DNA of 64,000 nucleotides from assembly GCF_009914755.1 (NCBI RefSeq), contig NC_060942.1. One strand, written 5' to 3'. The stretch's first letter is position 1. The number at the start of each line of letters is the position of its first letter. The notes beneath the pieces are model-generated. The model worked only from the letters and a program-made list of their open reading frames with translations. It made no database searches and was not told where the DNA came from. Of the stretch, positions 13,693-27,600 are shown one piece after another. Made by a program: the position numbers and the translations under genes. The stretch comes from the human T2T-CHM13v2.0 reference genome, Homo sapiens.

Positions 13693-14676
13693 TGGGATGT
13701 ATGTATTTTTACAGTTATCCTCAGTCAATACTTCAGTCTGTTCAATTTCTTTTAGTCTCCCAAACATCTTCTGCTCCCTCTCATCACAAAAGCTTCTCCT
13801 ATGATGCTCTCTGTTTCTGGAACATTGCAAATAGCACTTTCCTGCACACCACCACCTGCGTCTCAGTAGCCAGCATAAATCCCAGCTTAATTGTTTCTAC
13901 CTCAAATAAGCCTCTTCTGGGCACCCATTCCAGGTTACACCCCTCTGTGATCCATTCTTTCAGCACCAAGTAATTTTCATTCATAGCCCTGGTCAGAGTT
14001 GTAATGGTATTTTTATTGGTGTTATTCTGAGTCTTGGCTGTTTCTTCCCCCAGACAATAAGTGGCAAAGAATGGCAAAGACATCTTTAGTTTTGCATCCA
14101 GCTTAGTGCCTGCCATATGGCAGAGGCTCAGTAAATATATACTGAAAGGGGAAGCCAAAGATTGTATCTGGTGTTCTCTGTTATCTTCTTTCTGTGAAAG
14201 CCCTAGCTTTCATTAGTATGACAGCACGCAGATCATCTTTATTGGCTTTTACTTTCCAAAATGTAAAATGAGGAGGAGAGAACAATGAATTTCTCCTAAA
14301 TCTAAAATGTAAGGTGTAGAACTGTTTGAAGCAGAGGCTGCTTCATGGAAATGGAATGGGCTGGTGATGGAAACCAAGAGTCAAAAGTACATTTCTTAAT
14401 CTGGTTTCCTGCCATTTAGACAAAGACTAAGAGAAGGAGGGGCATTCTTGGCAACATGTCTGGAGCCAGAAGTCTGTGCACAGGACAAAATGCTCTCTAT
14501 AGTCATAACTGTTGAGTGATAGCAATGACTACAGCAATGGCAAACACACACAGTGTATGCTACAGCATTGAAGTCTTTTGGTCATCAAAATAATGCTGTC
14601 AGATTGTTGCCACTAATAAGTGGTAGAATTTGGATTCAAATCCACCAGGCAAGATGTAGAGTCTGAAAGGGAGAAA

Positions 14677-14725
14677 GTGTGTGTGTGTGCATGTGTGTGT
14701 GTGTGTATGTGTGGTGTGTGTGTGT
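14677..14725. repeat. Imperfect (TG)n microsatellite
   Basis: Direct reading. Confidence 0.9.
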
Positions 14726-14854
14726 TTTATATCTATCTATATTCATTCAACAATATTCTAATATATATGGAAAGGAAACATAAAATTAGGCAAATATGGT
14801 TGTCAATTTTCTCTAACTTACCATGTAAAATTCATTGCATTCTTAAAAAATTAG

Positions 14855-15166
<312 letters not shown>

Positions 15167-16827
15167 TTATTATCTAACTCAAATATGAATTAATCCATTG
15201 TTCAAAAACTAAATATCTTAAAATGTAGTAAGCATCTAACATATGCCTGGTGTAAAAGACAAGGCATATACCTAGCCTTTATCTTCATTGAGCTTGCAAA
15301 ATGGAGTTGGACAAATTGGATTCTCACACATTAAACAATTAAAAGATACTACAATATATTGTTACATATGACCGAATGCTACATGTGTTGCACTATGTAG
15401 GGAAGGTTTGAGAGTACACACTTATGGTCTTAGTTTTATAACTTCCTATGCAAAATCTCATGTTACCTTTGCAAAATTAATACTTTTCTCTATCTTTTTT
15501 TAAGTAACACCGTGCAAGTATTAACGTCAAAAACTTAATGTTTAAATCCTTAATGAAAAGCAACCAACAAACACAAAATATTGCCAATATCACACTATTT
15601 GCAGATAGAAAATGTCACTGCATCTACATTTTTCTATGCGTCTACATTTTGAATTTTGACATTCTTTCTTGTAATATCCCAGGCTCAAGAAGCGAGTGGC
15701 AAGACCTTTTCCACGTTTCTGAAATAAAGTCATCCACAATTAAAATGGTTTACTGGAAACAGATGGACTTCCCGCAGAGATTAACCCAATTATCTTTGGT
15801 TTAAGAGCCAGAAAAAGCCATAAGATCATTATCTTACAAGACAAGAATTTTATCGTGATGCCAATCTCATTACATGAGTGAATGGAGGTGTTTAGTGATA
15901 GTTCTCCTGCATAAATATTCTTAATAGATTTAGTTTTTCAAACTCTTGGCTGCTCATTATTTTCAAATGAAAGAGCTTGACAGATGAAGGGTGCTGTGCA
16001 TTACAGAGGCTAGAGACTCTACTGCATGTAGTTTTCCCCACAAAGACAAAGGAGCTACTCTCAAACAGCGGGAAGACCTTCACTTTTACAAACACTCCTC
16101 AAAATGTTGAAACTTGTGTTACCTTCATTGCGGGACAAAACTGACAGTGTCCAGATATTTTACAAAAATAAATTGCATACAGAGACACAGTACACTAATA
16201 GTTAAATCCCGTGACTATTTTAAGCTTTAAGGTGCACACATTTTTTCAAAACTAAATTCTTCAAAGTAAATTTAGCATTTTTGCTTCCATTCTTTTGGGT
16301 GGTAAGGGATGAAGGGAGTGGTGGTGCCAGTTGTTAAAAAAAAAAGGTAGCCTCATAAAGAGTGCTCTTTATCTTTGTCTTCATTTATTCAATATGATGT
16401 TTATTTAATAAACATGTAGATTTACACGTCTGACAAATCATAAATGAGAGAGGAATCAAAGCCTGTGTTTCTTATTGAAGGGAGTGATTAATTAATTTAA
16501 ATTGTGATAAAATGAGTTAGCCAAGTATTAAACAGAAACAACTCTGAAGTTAACGCTGATCCTCTAATGGGGAAAAAAATGCACTGAATTTTTAGGAACT
16601 AGGGCATGAGTTCTTGTAGCGTTAGGCTGCTTATTCATTTCTATTGCAATAACACAACTGGCAGAACCTTAGTGTCCACATTTCTAAAAATGGTGCCATG
16701 ATTCCATATCACATAGAGTTATTTTAAGTAACAATGAATATAATGCCTAAATGTTTTACAAACTCTAAAGCATTACTGTGAATTGTTGATGTTTGGAGTA
16801 ATAGATAACTCACCTTCTTCCCTCACT

Positions 16828-17149
16828 CAGGACCAGCTAATTCATTTAATATGGTAGGCAAAGTGCCTAGAGCCCATGATATTTTCAGGGATCAGGAAAG
16901 TATTTTAATATAAATTTATATTAAAATCAGAATAATACTGACTATAACAACAATACTGAATGTATAATAATGAATTGAAACTGGATTATTACATTCATCC
17001 TTATGCTGATCGTCATAAAATATAATGTATATTGTCGGTTAATTTGTTGACTTTTTAAATTTTTTGTTTCTTTTGTTCTGTTTAAAGGAAGAAGAGGCCC
17101 ACAAAGGCAAATGTGTTTCAGGTGCACAAAAGTCACAAGATAACCATTG
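16828..17149 (+). mobile_element. ORSL-like hAT-Tip100 non-autonomous DNA transposon
   Basis: 'caggaccagc..ggtaggcaaagtgcctagagcccatgatattttcaggg' and 'gaagaggcccacaaaggcaaatgtg..cacaaaagtca'; flanks CCTCA(C/G)T resemble a degenerate TSD. Confidence 0.65.
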
Positions 17150-18587
17150 CCTCAGTCTAAGTGAAAGTAATGTCCATATTTGAAAATCTCAGAATTCTAA
17201 CCTTTATTTCAGCCTTGGATAAAGGAAGGGTCAGTTATGGGCATTCACATGTATACCTGAAGTGTGGTCAAACACACATCGACTTGCTCAAAAACCTAGG
17301 TGAGAACAGTTATCTCTGAGATGGCCCAGTGGTTGTTATATTTTAGTAAGAATGGACCGAAAGCATCATTCATTTGTTCATTCACTGTTGAGTCATGTAA
17401 CTTTTCTTGAAACACTGAGCTTTCCAGGCCAAGGATTCTCTATTTGTTTTTTACTTGTTTCCTTGTTTGAAGTTCAAAATGAGGACCACACAGTGAAGAA
17501 GAGAGGTGGGTTCGATTGCTTTCTTCTCCCACATGTGTTCCACTGGAGCTTTGAAAATGAGTCTGAGATTTTCCATGATTTATCTGTCCACCCTCTACTT
17601 TCTGCTATCTGCTACTTATCTATCAATCACTCAATCTATCTACCTATAACATATTATTTTCTAATGATTTCATGCAGCATACTATGTATGTAAGAAAGGA
17701 AAGGAATATTGTATAATACAATTAATATAATTTTTAAAGATTCATATTCTTACAAAATAAAATTCCAAAAAGTTAACAGATAAATACGCATACATTTTTA
17801 AGGTTATATATGAAACACATGAAGTTGGGTAATTATGAGGAACATGAAAGAGGGCACAAGGAATGAAGGGTGAAAATAAAATAGAATATAATAAGATCAG
17901 GTCTTGCAACATAAATAAATGAACACGGGATAATAAGTTTCAGTTTCTACACTGGGTCTCAAGAATAATATATAGTTAGCTCAAAATAAGAAGATAGTAT
18001 TGTGAGTTAGAATGGGCAAGGATTGCTTCAGAGAGAATGTAGAATTTGAATTATGTCTTGAAGGAGAACAATAATATGTAGACATAAAAGGAAGGAGAGG
18101 ATATGATTTATGAAAGGGAAGACCAGAGCAAAATCTGAGGGGTGGGTCAGTGTAGGGAAGGTTTGGGGGCAGTTAGTAAATGCATTGCCCTTCCAAGTAT
18201 GAAAATGGAGCCCCAGGTATATTGTGGATAGGGAAAGTAGAATTGGAAAGGGCTTGTCATCATTGTGAAACCATAGCGTTTTTTCAAATAGAGCTTTTGT
18301 GGACAGACACATAGATAATGGGGATGTTAAAATGGGCCATGTCTCTTTTCTGAAGAAAAAGAAAAAAGAAAAAAATCTGCAATCTTTCCTCTCCTCTTGC
18401 TGTAACAATTCAGAGAAAAAAAGAAGTCTATCATTCAACTGATCCCAGGGAAAAAGACAGGCAAGGTCATGTCCCCTCACGCAGAGAGAGACAGGCGCAA
18501 GGAGACCTGGCCTGTGATCTGCTCCCCATTAGGGCAGTGTGGCTTCTCTTAATAGGGCCCTGATCATTTTTCAAGTAGCGAATCTGT

Positions 18588-18601
18588 CCAGCAGAAGGCG
18601 G
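18588..18601 (+). promoter_or_regulatory. CTCF-like motif
   Basis: CCAGCAGAAGGCGG, one mismatch to CCASYAGRKGGCRS; in unique sequence. Confidence 0.3.
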
Positions 18602-19941
18602 TGAGCTATTGTTATCATTTATTCTGATCCATGGAACCCAGTTGATAAAAAGGTTAGAAATGCCACCTCCAGACATGCACTACATCAGATGTGCTTAAAA
18701 CTGCAATTCAGACCGAGCTCCAGATCGTTTCTGCCTCTCCTGTCATCTCTTGTGCAGGAATAATAACGCACAATAACAGCAGCCCTCTTTGCTTCTAGAT
18801 TAATATTAAAGGAATGAACATAATTTGCAATCTATTTATAAGCACACATATCTACCTCTAATAGCAATACCATAGGATATCTATGAAGATATGGGCTGAT
18901 TAATGTGAATAAATACAGGATATTATAAGAGATGAAATAACAGTCTTGAAGGGGAAAGAAGAAATTGATTTTTATTTTAATTTCCTGGATTATGTCTTTT
19001 ATTCTTATCCTTTCATATTCTTTTCATTAAAACAACACACACTGACCTTTTCTGTAGCACATTCATTAACTACACCGACATGTATTTCATTGTACACAAT
19101 CATTTTCTAGATGTTATTTGATATATTCTAACTCATATATATATTAGCCTTCTCCCCCAAGTTCCCTAAATATAAGTACTTTTTCTGTATGTTACCTTTT
19201 TTATAATTCATAGGGAAAGAAATAAGCAAAGATTGAGGCTTACATAATAGATTTCTCTACAATATCACTTATTCATCTCGTAAGAATTTACTGCTAATCT
19301 ACAATGTTGTGCAGGTCCATTTAGTGTGAATGTTATGCTAAATTCTGCAATAGCTTGTCATTCCTTGAAGAACATATACTCCAATAGCTGACATAGGACT
19401 AACAATGTAGAACAAAGCTATATCAGAGAGCAGGCAATACAATGAATGCTTATGAAAACACACATAACCAGCTGATTAACAAGAAAGCAACCAACGTAAT
19501 CAAATTGCCCAAATAACTGTCGTTTTTCTGCTTGGTGTTGTTTCTCCACAAAATGTCAATAAACAAGAAGCTGACAAAAGAAAAGAAATGTAGAAATAAA
19601 AGAAAAAAGAAAATAGTGTTCTGGCATGAGCACACAGCTGGTCCAACTCAGACACTTTCTCTAGTTCTGCAGAGATGTGAATTGATTTTACAAGCACTAA
19701 TCCTCAATCCCAATGGGATCTTCAATCAACTAAGATTCAGTTACCTTAGGCAGACTGCTCTACCAGTGGCCTCACAGTGGAATAAGATTCTTTAGGGATG
19801 AAAATACAAAGCCATAGTTGAAATCCAGTTTAAACGAACAAATAACAAAAACCCAGGATAAAACAAAGCGAAAAACCCAAACAATAGAAACCAGAAAGTA
19901 AAACACTGAAAATAATAAATAGCGTAGAAATTATGCTAGAA

Positions 19942-19981
19942 AAAAAGCTACCCACTCACATAAAAAGCTACCCACTCACAT
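19942..19981. repeat. Perfect 20-bp tandem duplication
   Basis: AAAAAGCTACCCACTCACAT x2. Confidence 0.95.
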
Positions 19982-20721
19982 CTACAAGGACTGGATACAT
20001 TATTGTCATCCCTCTCTACCTTAGGAGAATCCCATTTCTCAGGAGCTGGGTCCTGCAAACACACCCATAGGTAATTTTCTGGAACAGTAGCTTCTGTTTT
20101 TCTGGCTTCATGGTTTTGTTGTTGGTGGCTGTGGTGATGGCTTGTTGGTTTATTTCTTTGTTAATTTTGTTGTTCTTATTTTTTGCTTTTTATTTTATAT
20201 CTGACTGTTAGAATTCTTTGTGGCTGGCTTGGGAACCTACCCACCTGGATATTTGAGGTTACACCATTTAGCATGGAAGAGATGTTGGAAAGTGAGGAGC
20301 TTTCAGAAATCAGTTGATATAGCCCATTAAGTTTTATCAGCTTCTACAGAAAGTCAGTCAGTTCCTCCCTTCTTCTGCCTTACCTCCACCTGTGTCCACT
20401 AGAATAACACAGGATTATTCCCAATGAGTGAAATATAAGATATGCTCACCTAAATATTTTCAAGTATTTTCAATGCAAACCAGGAACCTGTTACAATGAG
20501 CTTGTATTGAGTGGGTGGCCATGAAAATAAAAAAGAAAAAAAAATGGTACTTTCCACCAGGGTATGATGAAAAGATTCTATGTTATTTATCATTTTGTGG
20601 GAGCTTAAAGAGAAATACAAGAAGTAGCAGACCCAAAGTCTGGGGCTCAGGCCACCAGGAGAGAGACAACACCATTGGCAGAGAAAAAATACATGGAGAT
20701 GACATGCTGAGAATATAAACT

Positions 20722-21044
<323 letters not shown>

Positions 21045-21561
21045 TTACTTCAATTGATGTTGACATAAAACTGGGATACACAACAATAAAACTGGGAGAG
21101 AAGTTCCCAGTTTTATAAGGTTTATAAAGAAAGTTAATTTTGATCAGAAATATGAAAGAAGGCACTTTGAATGTTATATAAAATTACATGAATGCTTATG
21201 TATAATATTATATCTTAGAGTTGAAAGTGAAGAAGGGTTATTAGGAATGAGAGCTACAGTATCTTTCATTATAAACTTTTCCTTCGTTGAATCCTTTACT
21301 GAATCAAAACTGGGGTAAAAAGTGGAGGAGACAAGACCCAGTCAGTAATATGTAAATATAATTTTCACCTTGTGTGTTAGTAATACAGGAGGGAGAATGG
21401 AGGAATGCTGTGTTAGTCTTATGAAACAAATCAAGGTTATACTGTTACGTTTCAGATATACTTTAAGATTCACATGACCAGTTGCTTCACTGTAAATGTC
21501 TTCCATAGAAAGGGAGACACATGGGCCTGGAGCCAAATGACAACACCAAAACTTAAATATT

Positions 21562-21892
<331 letters not shown>

Positions 21893-22464
21893 CAAAACTT
21901 AAATATTTCTAAGTTAGAGTCTTGGCTCTTTCAATAATGCCCTCTACTTCCTTGGAAAATTTATGTAGATGGCTGGCCTCCAGTTGTGACAAGGTAACAA
22001 GAACAATAATACATACTTAGAAAACTCTCATGAGTGTTTGAAGAACTAATTAGCTAATATTTGCCAAGTACTTTGAGGATGGGAAGTGCTAAATAGTACT
22101 GCTATAATGGCATGCTTGTTGAAGGCTAATGAGCTCAAAGGGAAATGGCCCTACCAAATACAAGCTTTCTGGAAAAAGCATAGCATCCTTTCTCTTCTCC
22201 AAGTAGGAGTTGAAAATAACATAATCTCATAAAGCATGGTAGAAGTATGGTAGATGCTCCTATAATTCTAGCAATGATCCACCATCATCATCATCACCCT
22301 CACTCTTCAATCAATGCTTTGCTATTGCCGGAATTTAGTTAGAACTAGCTGTTAAATACCAGTAAGTATGCTAAAATAAAGGCAACATCTTTTTAAATGA
22401 GAAAAAATAAATATTTAATAAATTAACTTGTTATTTTATCTCAAAAACACTTAACGGATTTTTT

Positions 22465-22622
22465 TATATACACTTAGAACTCAGAGTTTTGACTAAGGGG
22501 GATAATTGACTTCCGTGTTGGTCTCCTGTAGATACAGCCTGTGGCTGTACTTCAGGCTGTATCTACAGGAGACCAACATGGAGGTCAATTACCCCATTAG
22601 TCAGCATTCTGGGTTCTTAGTG

Positions 22623-22628
<6 letters not shown>
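22465..22628 (+). repeat. Long inverted repeat / hairpin (77- and 76-nt arms, 11-nt loop)
   Basis: 22516-22541 is the exact reverse complement of 22553-22578; outer arms differ by 8 substitutions and 1 indel. Confidence 0.97.
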
Positions 22629-22630
<2 letters not shown>

Positions 22631-22681
<51 letters not shown>

Positions 22682-22697
22682 GGGGAGAGAGAGAGAG
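22631..22697. repeat. (TA)24 followed by a G run and (GA)n
   Basis: Direct reading. Confidence 0.97.
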
Positions 22698-22769
22698 TAA
22701 TTCAAAATAAAATAAAAAACTGATATATTAAATATTTATTACATATATATGTATATTTCTTATTTTCTC

Positions 22770-23870
22770 TGATTCTCCAACATTCTAAATTTTTCTGTGT
22801 CCTTCAGTACCTACCAACTTACTTTTTAAAACATTTTTCTCTCTGATGTTATACTTTCTTCTTTCTGGCTTTTTCTTTTTCTTCTCTTTTTCTTTCTATA
22901 CTTTAATATATGTGTTGCCAAAAGATCCGCTTCCTCCACACTTTTTGGTCCTTCTGCCCTGACTCTATAAAAAGTATAATCCAGTCATATAAATTTAAAA
23001 ATTACCTCTATGAGAAATATTGCAATGCTAAGCTCTCTCTGAAACTATATTTCTACATTTCTAATATTCTGCAAGAACTCTTATCTGGGGTGATCTACAG
23101 ACTTTTCCAATTCATTACATTTAAAAGTGAATATATAATTTTACCTGAAAACTCTTTCTTCCTTGGTCATTCTATTTCCAAGTAATGATGCCACGCTCTT
23201 CCCAGGATCTCAGATTTAAACTCTCTTCTTTGAATATTTTTTAAAATATTTTTTTCCCTTTTCTTGTCCACAACATTGACTTTGTTTCCAATTCAATAGT
23301 TTCAGCCTTCATAAAATACCTCCCATCCAATGTCTGCTTTTCATTTTAACTGCCTGAGTAGGATTCATTACTTCTTTTTTACCTGTATCCTTTCAGTGGT
23401 TTCCTGACTGGTGTCTCTACTTCCAGTCACTGCTCAGTTATATGTATCTAATGCTTTGCTCCCATATTAATCTTCCTGATGGGGAACTTTAATAGTGTTG
23501 TTCCTTCTGCCTCAAAAATGTCAAAAGCTTCTTTTACCTTTGTTCTTACTTCACCCTCCATGTACTCTTAGCTCTAGCCCAACTAAACTCTTTTCTGTGT
23601 CCTGTAAATTCTCCAGGGCTGTGGCTACTCTGTGCCTTTCCCTCAGTGTTATGTTTGCTTAGGATTTTCTATGCTCTTTTCTCTGCTTGTCCAATTTTTG
23701 CCATTCTTCAGGGTCTTGCTCAAGGGTCCTTTCCCTTGAAAGTCTACCATATCTACTCATTGGAAAATAACGAATCTTTCTTCTAAAAAGCCTGCTGGGT
23801 GGTCTGGGCCAGTCTAATATAGCTACTGTAATAAACTCTCATTTTCTGGCTTTTTCCTTTACCTATTAGT
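22770..23870 (+). mobile_element. Degenerate L2 LINE fragment
   Basis: Pyrimidine-rich L2-like motifs, e.g. 'atttccaagtaatgatgccac..cccaggatctcagatttaaactct', 'cagtggtttcctgactggtgtctctacttccagtc'. Confidence 0.55.
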
Positions 23871-24604
23871 ATGAACTACATGTTAGTTTTCTCAATTGTA
23901 GCGGTACAATTTCAAATGTAAGTCTCGGTTCTGGATTTGATTATGAAGTACAGACTTTTAAGCTTGCTTAGATGTAGGTAATGAAGTCTACATCTATCTC
24001 TAACCAAATAGGGGGTCCTGTTGAGTAAACAATGAAAGCTCAAACCCCAGATAGTAATATACATTTATTTGGTTTTATGTTTCCTCTTCTGTGCATGTAT
24101 CTTTCTCAGTAATCTTGCAGAGACTAGGAGTGATAGCAGCATTGGGCATGGTGCAAATGTGGAGGGGAAGACAGAAGAAAGAATGAGGAAAAGAAGTCAG
24201 GTTATTTGGTTCGAGGCAAGCCTCTTTCTTCCTTGTGGCTTTCAGCAATCATAATATCACCCTAAAGTAATTAATATTCTTAACATTCATCTAGAGGTTT
24301 TGTTGTTATTTCAAAACCACTTCAAATAATAAGCATGCTGTAATGGTAAAACCTATGGTTGGTATGGATTAAAAGCTCAAAAATAATTGCTAAATAAATA
24401 AATAAATAAAATTTCTCACTTATTTTACTGTTGCTAGGGCAAAGACAAACAGGACCTGGAGAATCACAGTGATTACCATAAAATTAATCAGTGAGTTATC
24501 CAATAACAGCTACTATTTCCCATGAGGCTTTCTTGTTGAAATAAGTCAGTATAGCTTGACTTTTTTTCTAGAGCACTTTTTTCTTAGTTCCTCATTTGTC
24601 CCAA

Positions 24605-24618
24605 CCACTAGGGGGCTC
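24605..24618 (+). promoter_or_regulatory. CTCF core motif (best match in the window)
   Basis: CCACTAGGGGGCTC versus consensus CCACTAGGGGGCGC. Confidence 0.5.
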
Positions 24619-25769
24619 TTTGTCTTCTTCACTTGTCATGGGTGGCTTTCTACGTCAGGGACTTTGCAAGTTTCCAAGTAGTTTTGTGTCATATCCTGAT
24701 CATTCTTACCATAGGCCAATTCATTCTTCCATGGGACATCAAGATGTATAACTTCATAAATTATATCACAGTGATTGGCTCTGGAGACAGGAATTGACAT
24801 GTACCCTAGTAGACTTTTTATAAAGGCATATGCAAGATGGTGTGCAACATCAAATATGTCATGGGACAATTTCTCATAAAATTGAATTATGAGACTTGAG
24901 AATGGACAGCAGGTGGTAGGAGTTGAGGCTGCAAATCTTGAAGTAGTGTTAGAACCATATATCTTGATAGTCATGCAAAGTGTACATTTATACAAAAGAA
25001 TAAAAGAGAAAAGAAAGAAAGCAACTATAGAAAAGGAAAGGGAGAACAAGAGTTAAATATACAAGGAAGAGAGACCTTATTATATATGGAAGAGAAAAAT
25101 AGAGAGCAATCATTTACAACAGTTTTGTCAGTTTCTGAATAGTTTACTTACTCTAAGTTCTAGATCATGAAGGTGTGTTTAAAATTTGGTTCATTTTTCT
25201 CAAGATAACTTGAAAGAGGTCTTTGTTCCCTTGATTGTTTAATTGCAAGCTAGAAAAGCTAACCCACAAAGTCCAAGGAATTCTGAGGCACAAGTCAGGT
25301 GTGCCACCATAGAAAGCACCTGCTGTGGGTGCTAACATTCCTAACATTTTGCTTTTCAGAGCAGAGAAATTAACTCCTAAGTTTATATACATGTGTGTGA
25401 GTATGTGTGTGCATGTAGCCTCTCTATTCTGAAAAATTCATTGGCCTATTAAAGTTTCATAAAATTTCCTGTCTGAGATACCTAAGGCAATAATAGAACT
25501 GGGTCAGTGGGTAGGTGGTTACTTCCACCACTATTAGAAAGGCAGCCTACCACACAGGTGGCAAGATGAGTTTTGAAAGCAACTGAACATTCAGAATTTG
25601 TTCAATTTATCACAATTACAAAAAGACCTGGGCCAAATGATCATAGACTCACCCACAGAATTGGGTGGGAAAAATGAATGCTTCTGTCATGGTTTGGAAG
25701 ATTACGCACTGATACTAAATATTTTTGGAGACATTATACCAACTCTCTCTCTCTGTCTTTTTTTTTTTT

Positions 25770-25895
25770 TTAACAAATAAGAAAACCTAGGTCTTAAGAA
25801 GTAAAATGACTCCCCTAAGGCCACATGGCTAATTAGTGCCAAGTCAGAAATACAGAACTGAGAATTCTCTCCATTTTCAGCCTGTACTCTTCCCA
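25770..25895 (-). mobile_element. MIR
   Basis: 'aacaaataagaaaacctaggtcttaagaagtaaaatgactcccctaaggccacatggctaattagtg'. Confidence 0.65.
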
Positions 25896-26089
25896 AAAAT
25901 CTTTACCTGGAGGAACCAAGTAAGGCTGATTGTGGTCACATGGATCCAGGCACTAACGACACTGAGCAATTTCTAATCAAGAAAGATGACTTGAGTAATG
26001 GTCACGCACATGGGTCTTCCTTTGCACACACTATTAATACTAACTACATTTCTCCATATCCATTCTCTGCATGGTAAATTACTGGTAAT

Positions 26090-26365
26090 CCCGAATCCCA
26101 AATACAATACAATACCCTCTCCTCTCTGAAGTCTCCCTGGATTTCTAAGACAGACTCTATTTTTCATCCCTAGTGTTTCCAAGCCCTGCTTTACAACTGT
26201 ATTACTGTGTTGTGTCACTGTGATTTATACCTGTATCAATTTTTCAAGTGGACTTTTAAATCCTTGAGATTAGAGACCATGCTATCATATGTATTCATTT
26301 CCGCAACTAAGCTCTGCCTAGTACAGAGCAATTGCCTACAGCATGTTTGCTAAATGAAAGCATTA
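26090..26365 (+). mobile_element. L2 3' end
   Basis: 'aatccttgagattagagaccatg...ctctgcctagtacagagcaattgcctacagcatgtttgctaaatgaa'. Confidence 0.55.
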
Positions 26366-26559
26366 AAATAAAAAAGGAGAATAATTAAAATAGATTTTTA
26401 TCATTATTGTTCTACCACATTGTTTGCCTTTCACATCCATATACACACTTTAAGTCCCAGCCGATAATTGGATGTTATTGATGGGGAAATACAGGAGAGA
26501 AATGCTCAATTCGGGGGTATATTTCTCAGAAGTGGACTATGAGAAGTGTTAAGAGAATG

Positions 26560-26755
26560 GAGTGAGTCATCAAGAGATGTGGATCATGTCTTTAATAGCT
26601 TTGACAAGTCCTTTACCCTTTCTCTGTCTCCACTTCCTCAGTTCTCAAGTAGGAATAATACTCTGCCTCAAAGATAATGTAGTGAAGGAGAAATTAGTTA
26701 TTGTACATGAAGCTATTTTAAAATATATAAAGGGCAATGCTCATTAACTTATTGT
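26560..26755 (+). mobile_element. MIR
   Basis: 'ctttgacaagtcctttaccctttctctgtctccacttcctcagttctcaagtaggaataatactctgcctc'. Confidence 0.65.
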
Positions 26756-26952
26756 GAAGATGATGATGATGGCTCCAGAGGTGTTCCAGAAGATTAGGAT
26801 GATGATAATGGTGCTTCAGAAGATTAGGAAAAAAAGCCTTAATCTGAACTTCCTATGCTCTCCTTTTTATTCAACACCAAAGTTTTATCAAATTGTTTTA
26901 TTAAGTGTCATTGCCCAAGAACTTCTGAGTTTCTTTAATAATCAATAATCCA

Positions 26953-27304
<352 letters not shown>

Positions 27305-27339
27305 TCATTTTCTCTTGAGCATGCAGAGGTCACCATTTT

Positions 27340-27600
27340 CTACAGGAGACACTTGGGTAAGAACGTGAGATTTGAACAGAGCTGTGAATTCCCTCATTAT
27401 TACTTACTAGCTCAGTAACTGTAGGTTTTAAAAACCTCATTAAACTTTAGTCACTTTATCTGTCAAATGGGAATAATAATCAAAGATGCCTTGTAAGGTT
27501 CTGTTTACAATAAAATGAAATATTGATGGTTTCACATAATACCTGGCACCAGAGTAAGTAATAAAAAGAGATAAATAAAAAGAAAAAAATGTTATTATCA
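27340..27600 (+). mobile_element. MIR
   Basis: 'acttactagctcagtaactgtagg...ttatctgtcaaatgggaataataat...ataatacctggcaccagagtaag'. Confidence 0.7.

Larger units (their letters stand above)
12495..14150 (+). mobile_element. L2 LINE 3' region interrupted by L1MB, MLT1A0 and L1MA insertions
   Basis: L2-type 'tatctcctgaatccac...aacagcctcctagagggtcttcct'; resumes near 13420 and 13710; ends 'ttagtgcctgccatatggcagaggctcagtaaatat'. Confidence 0.6.
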
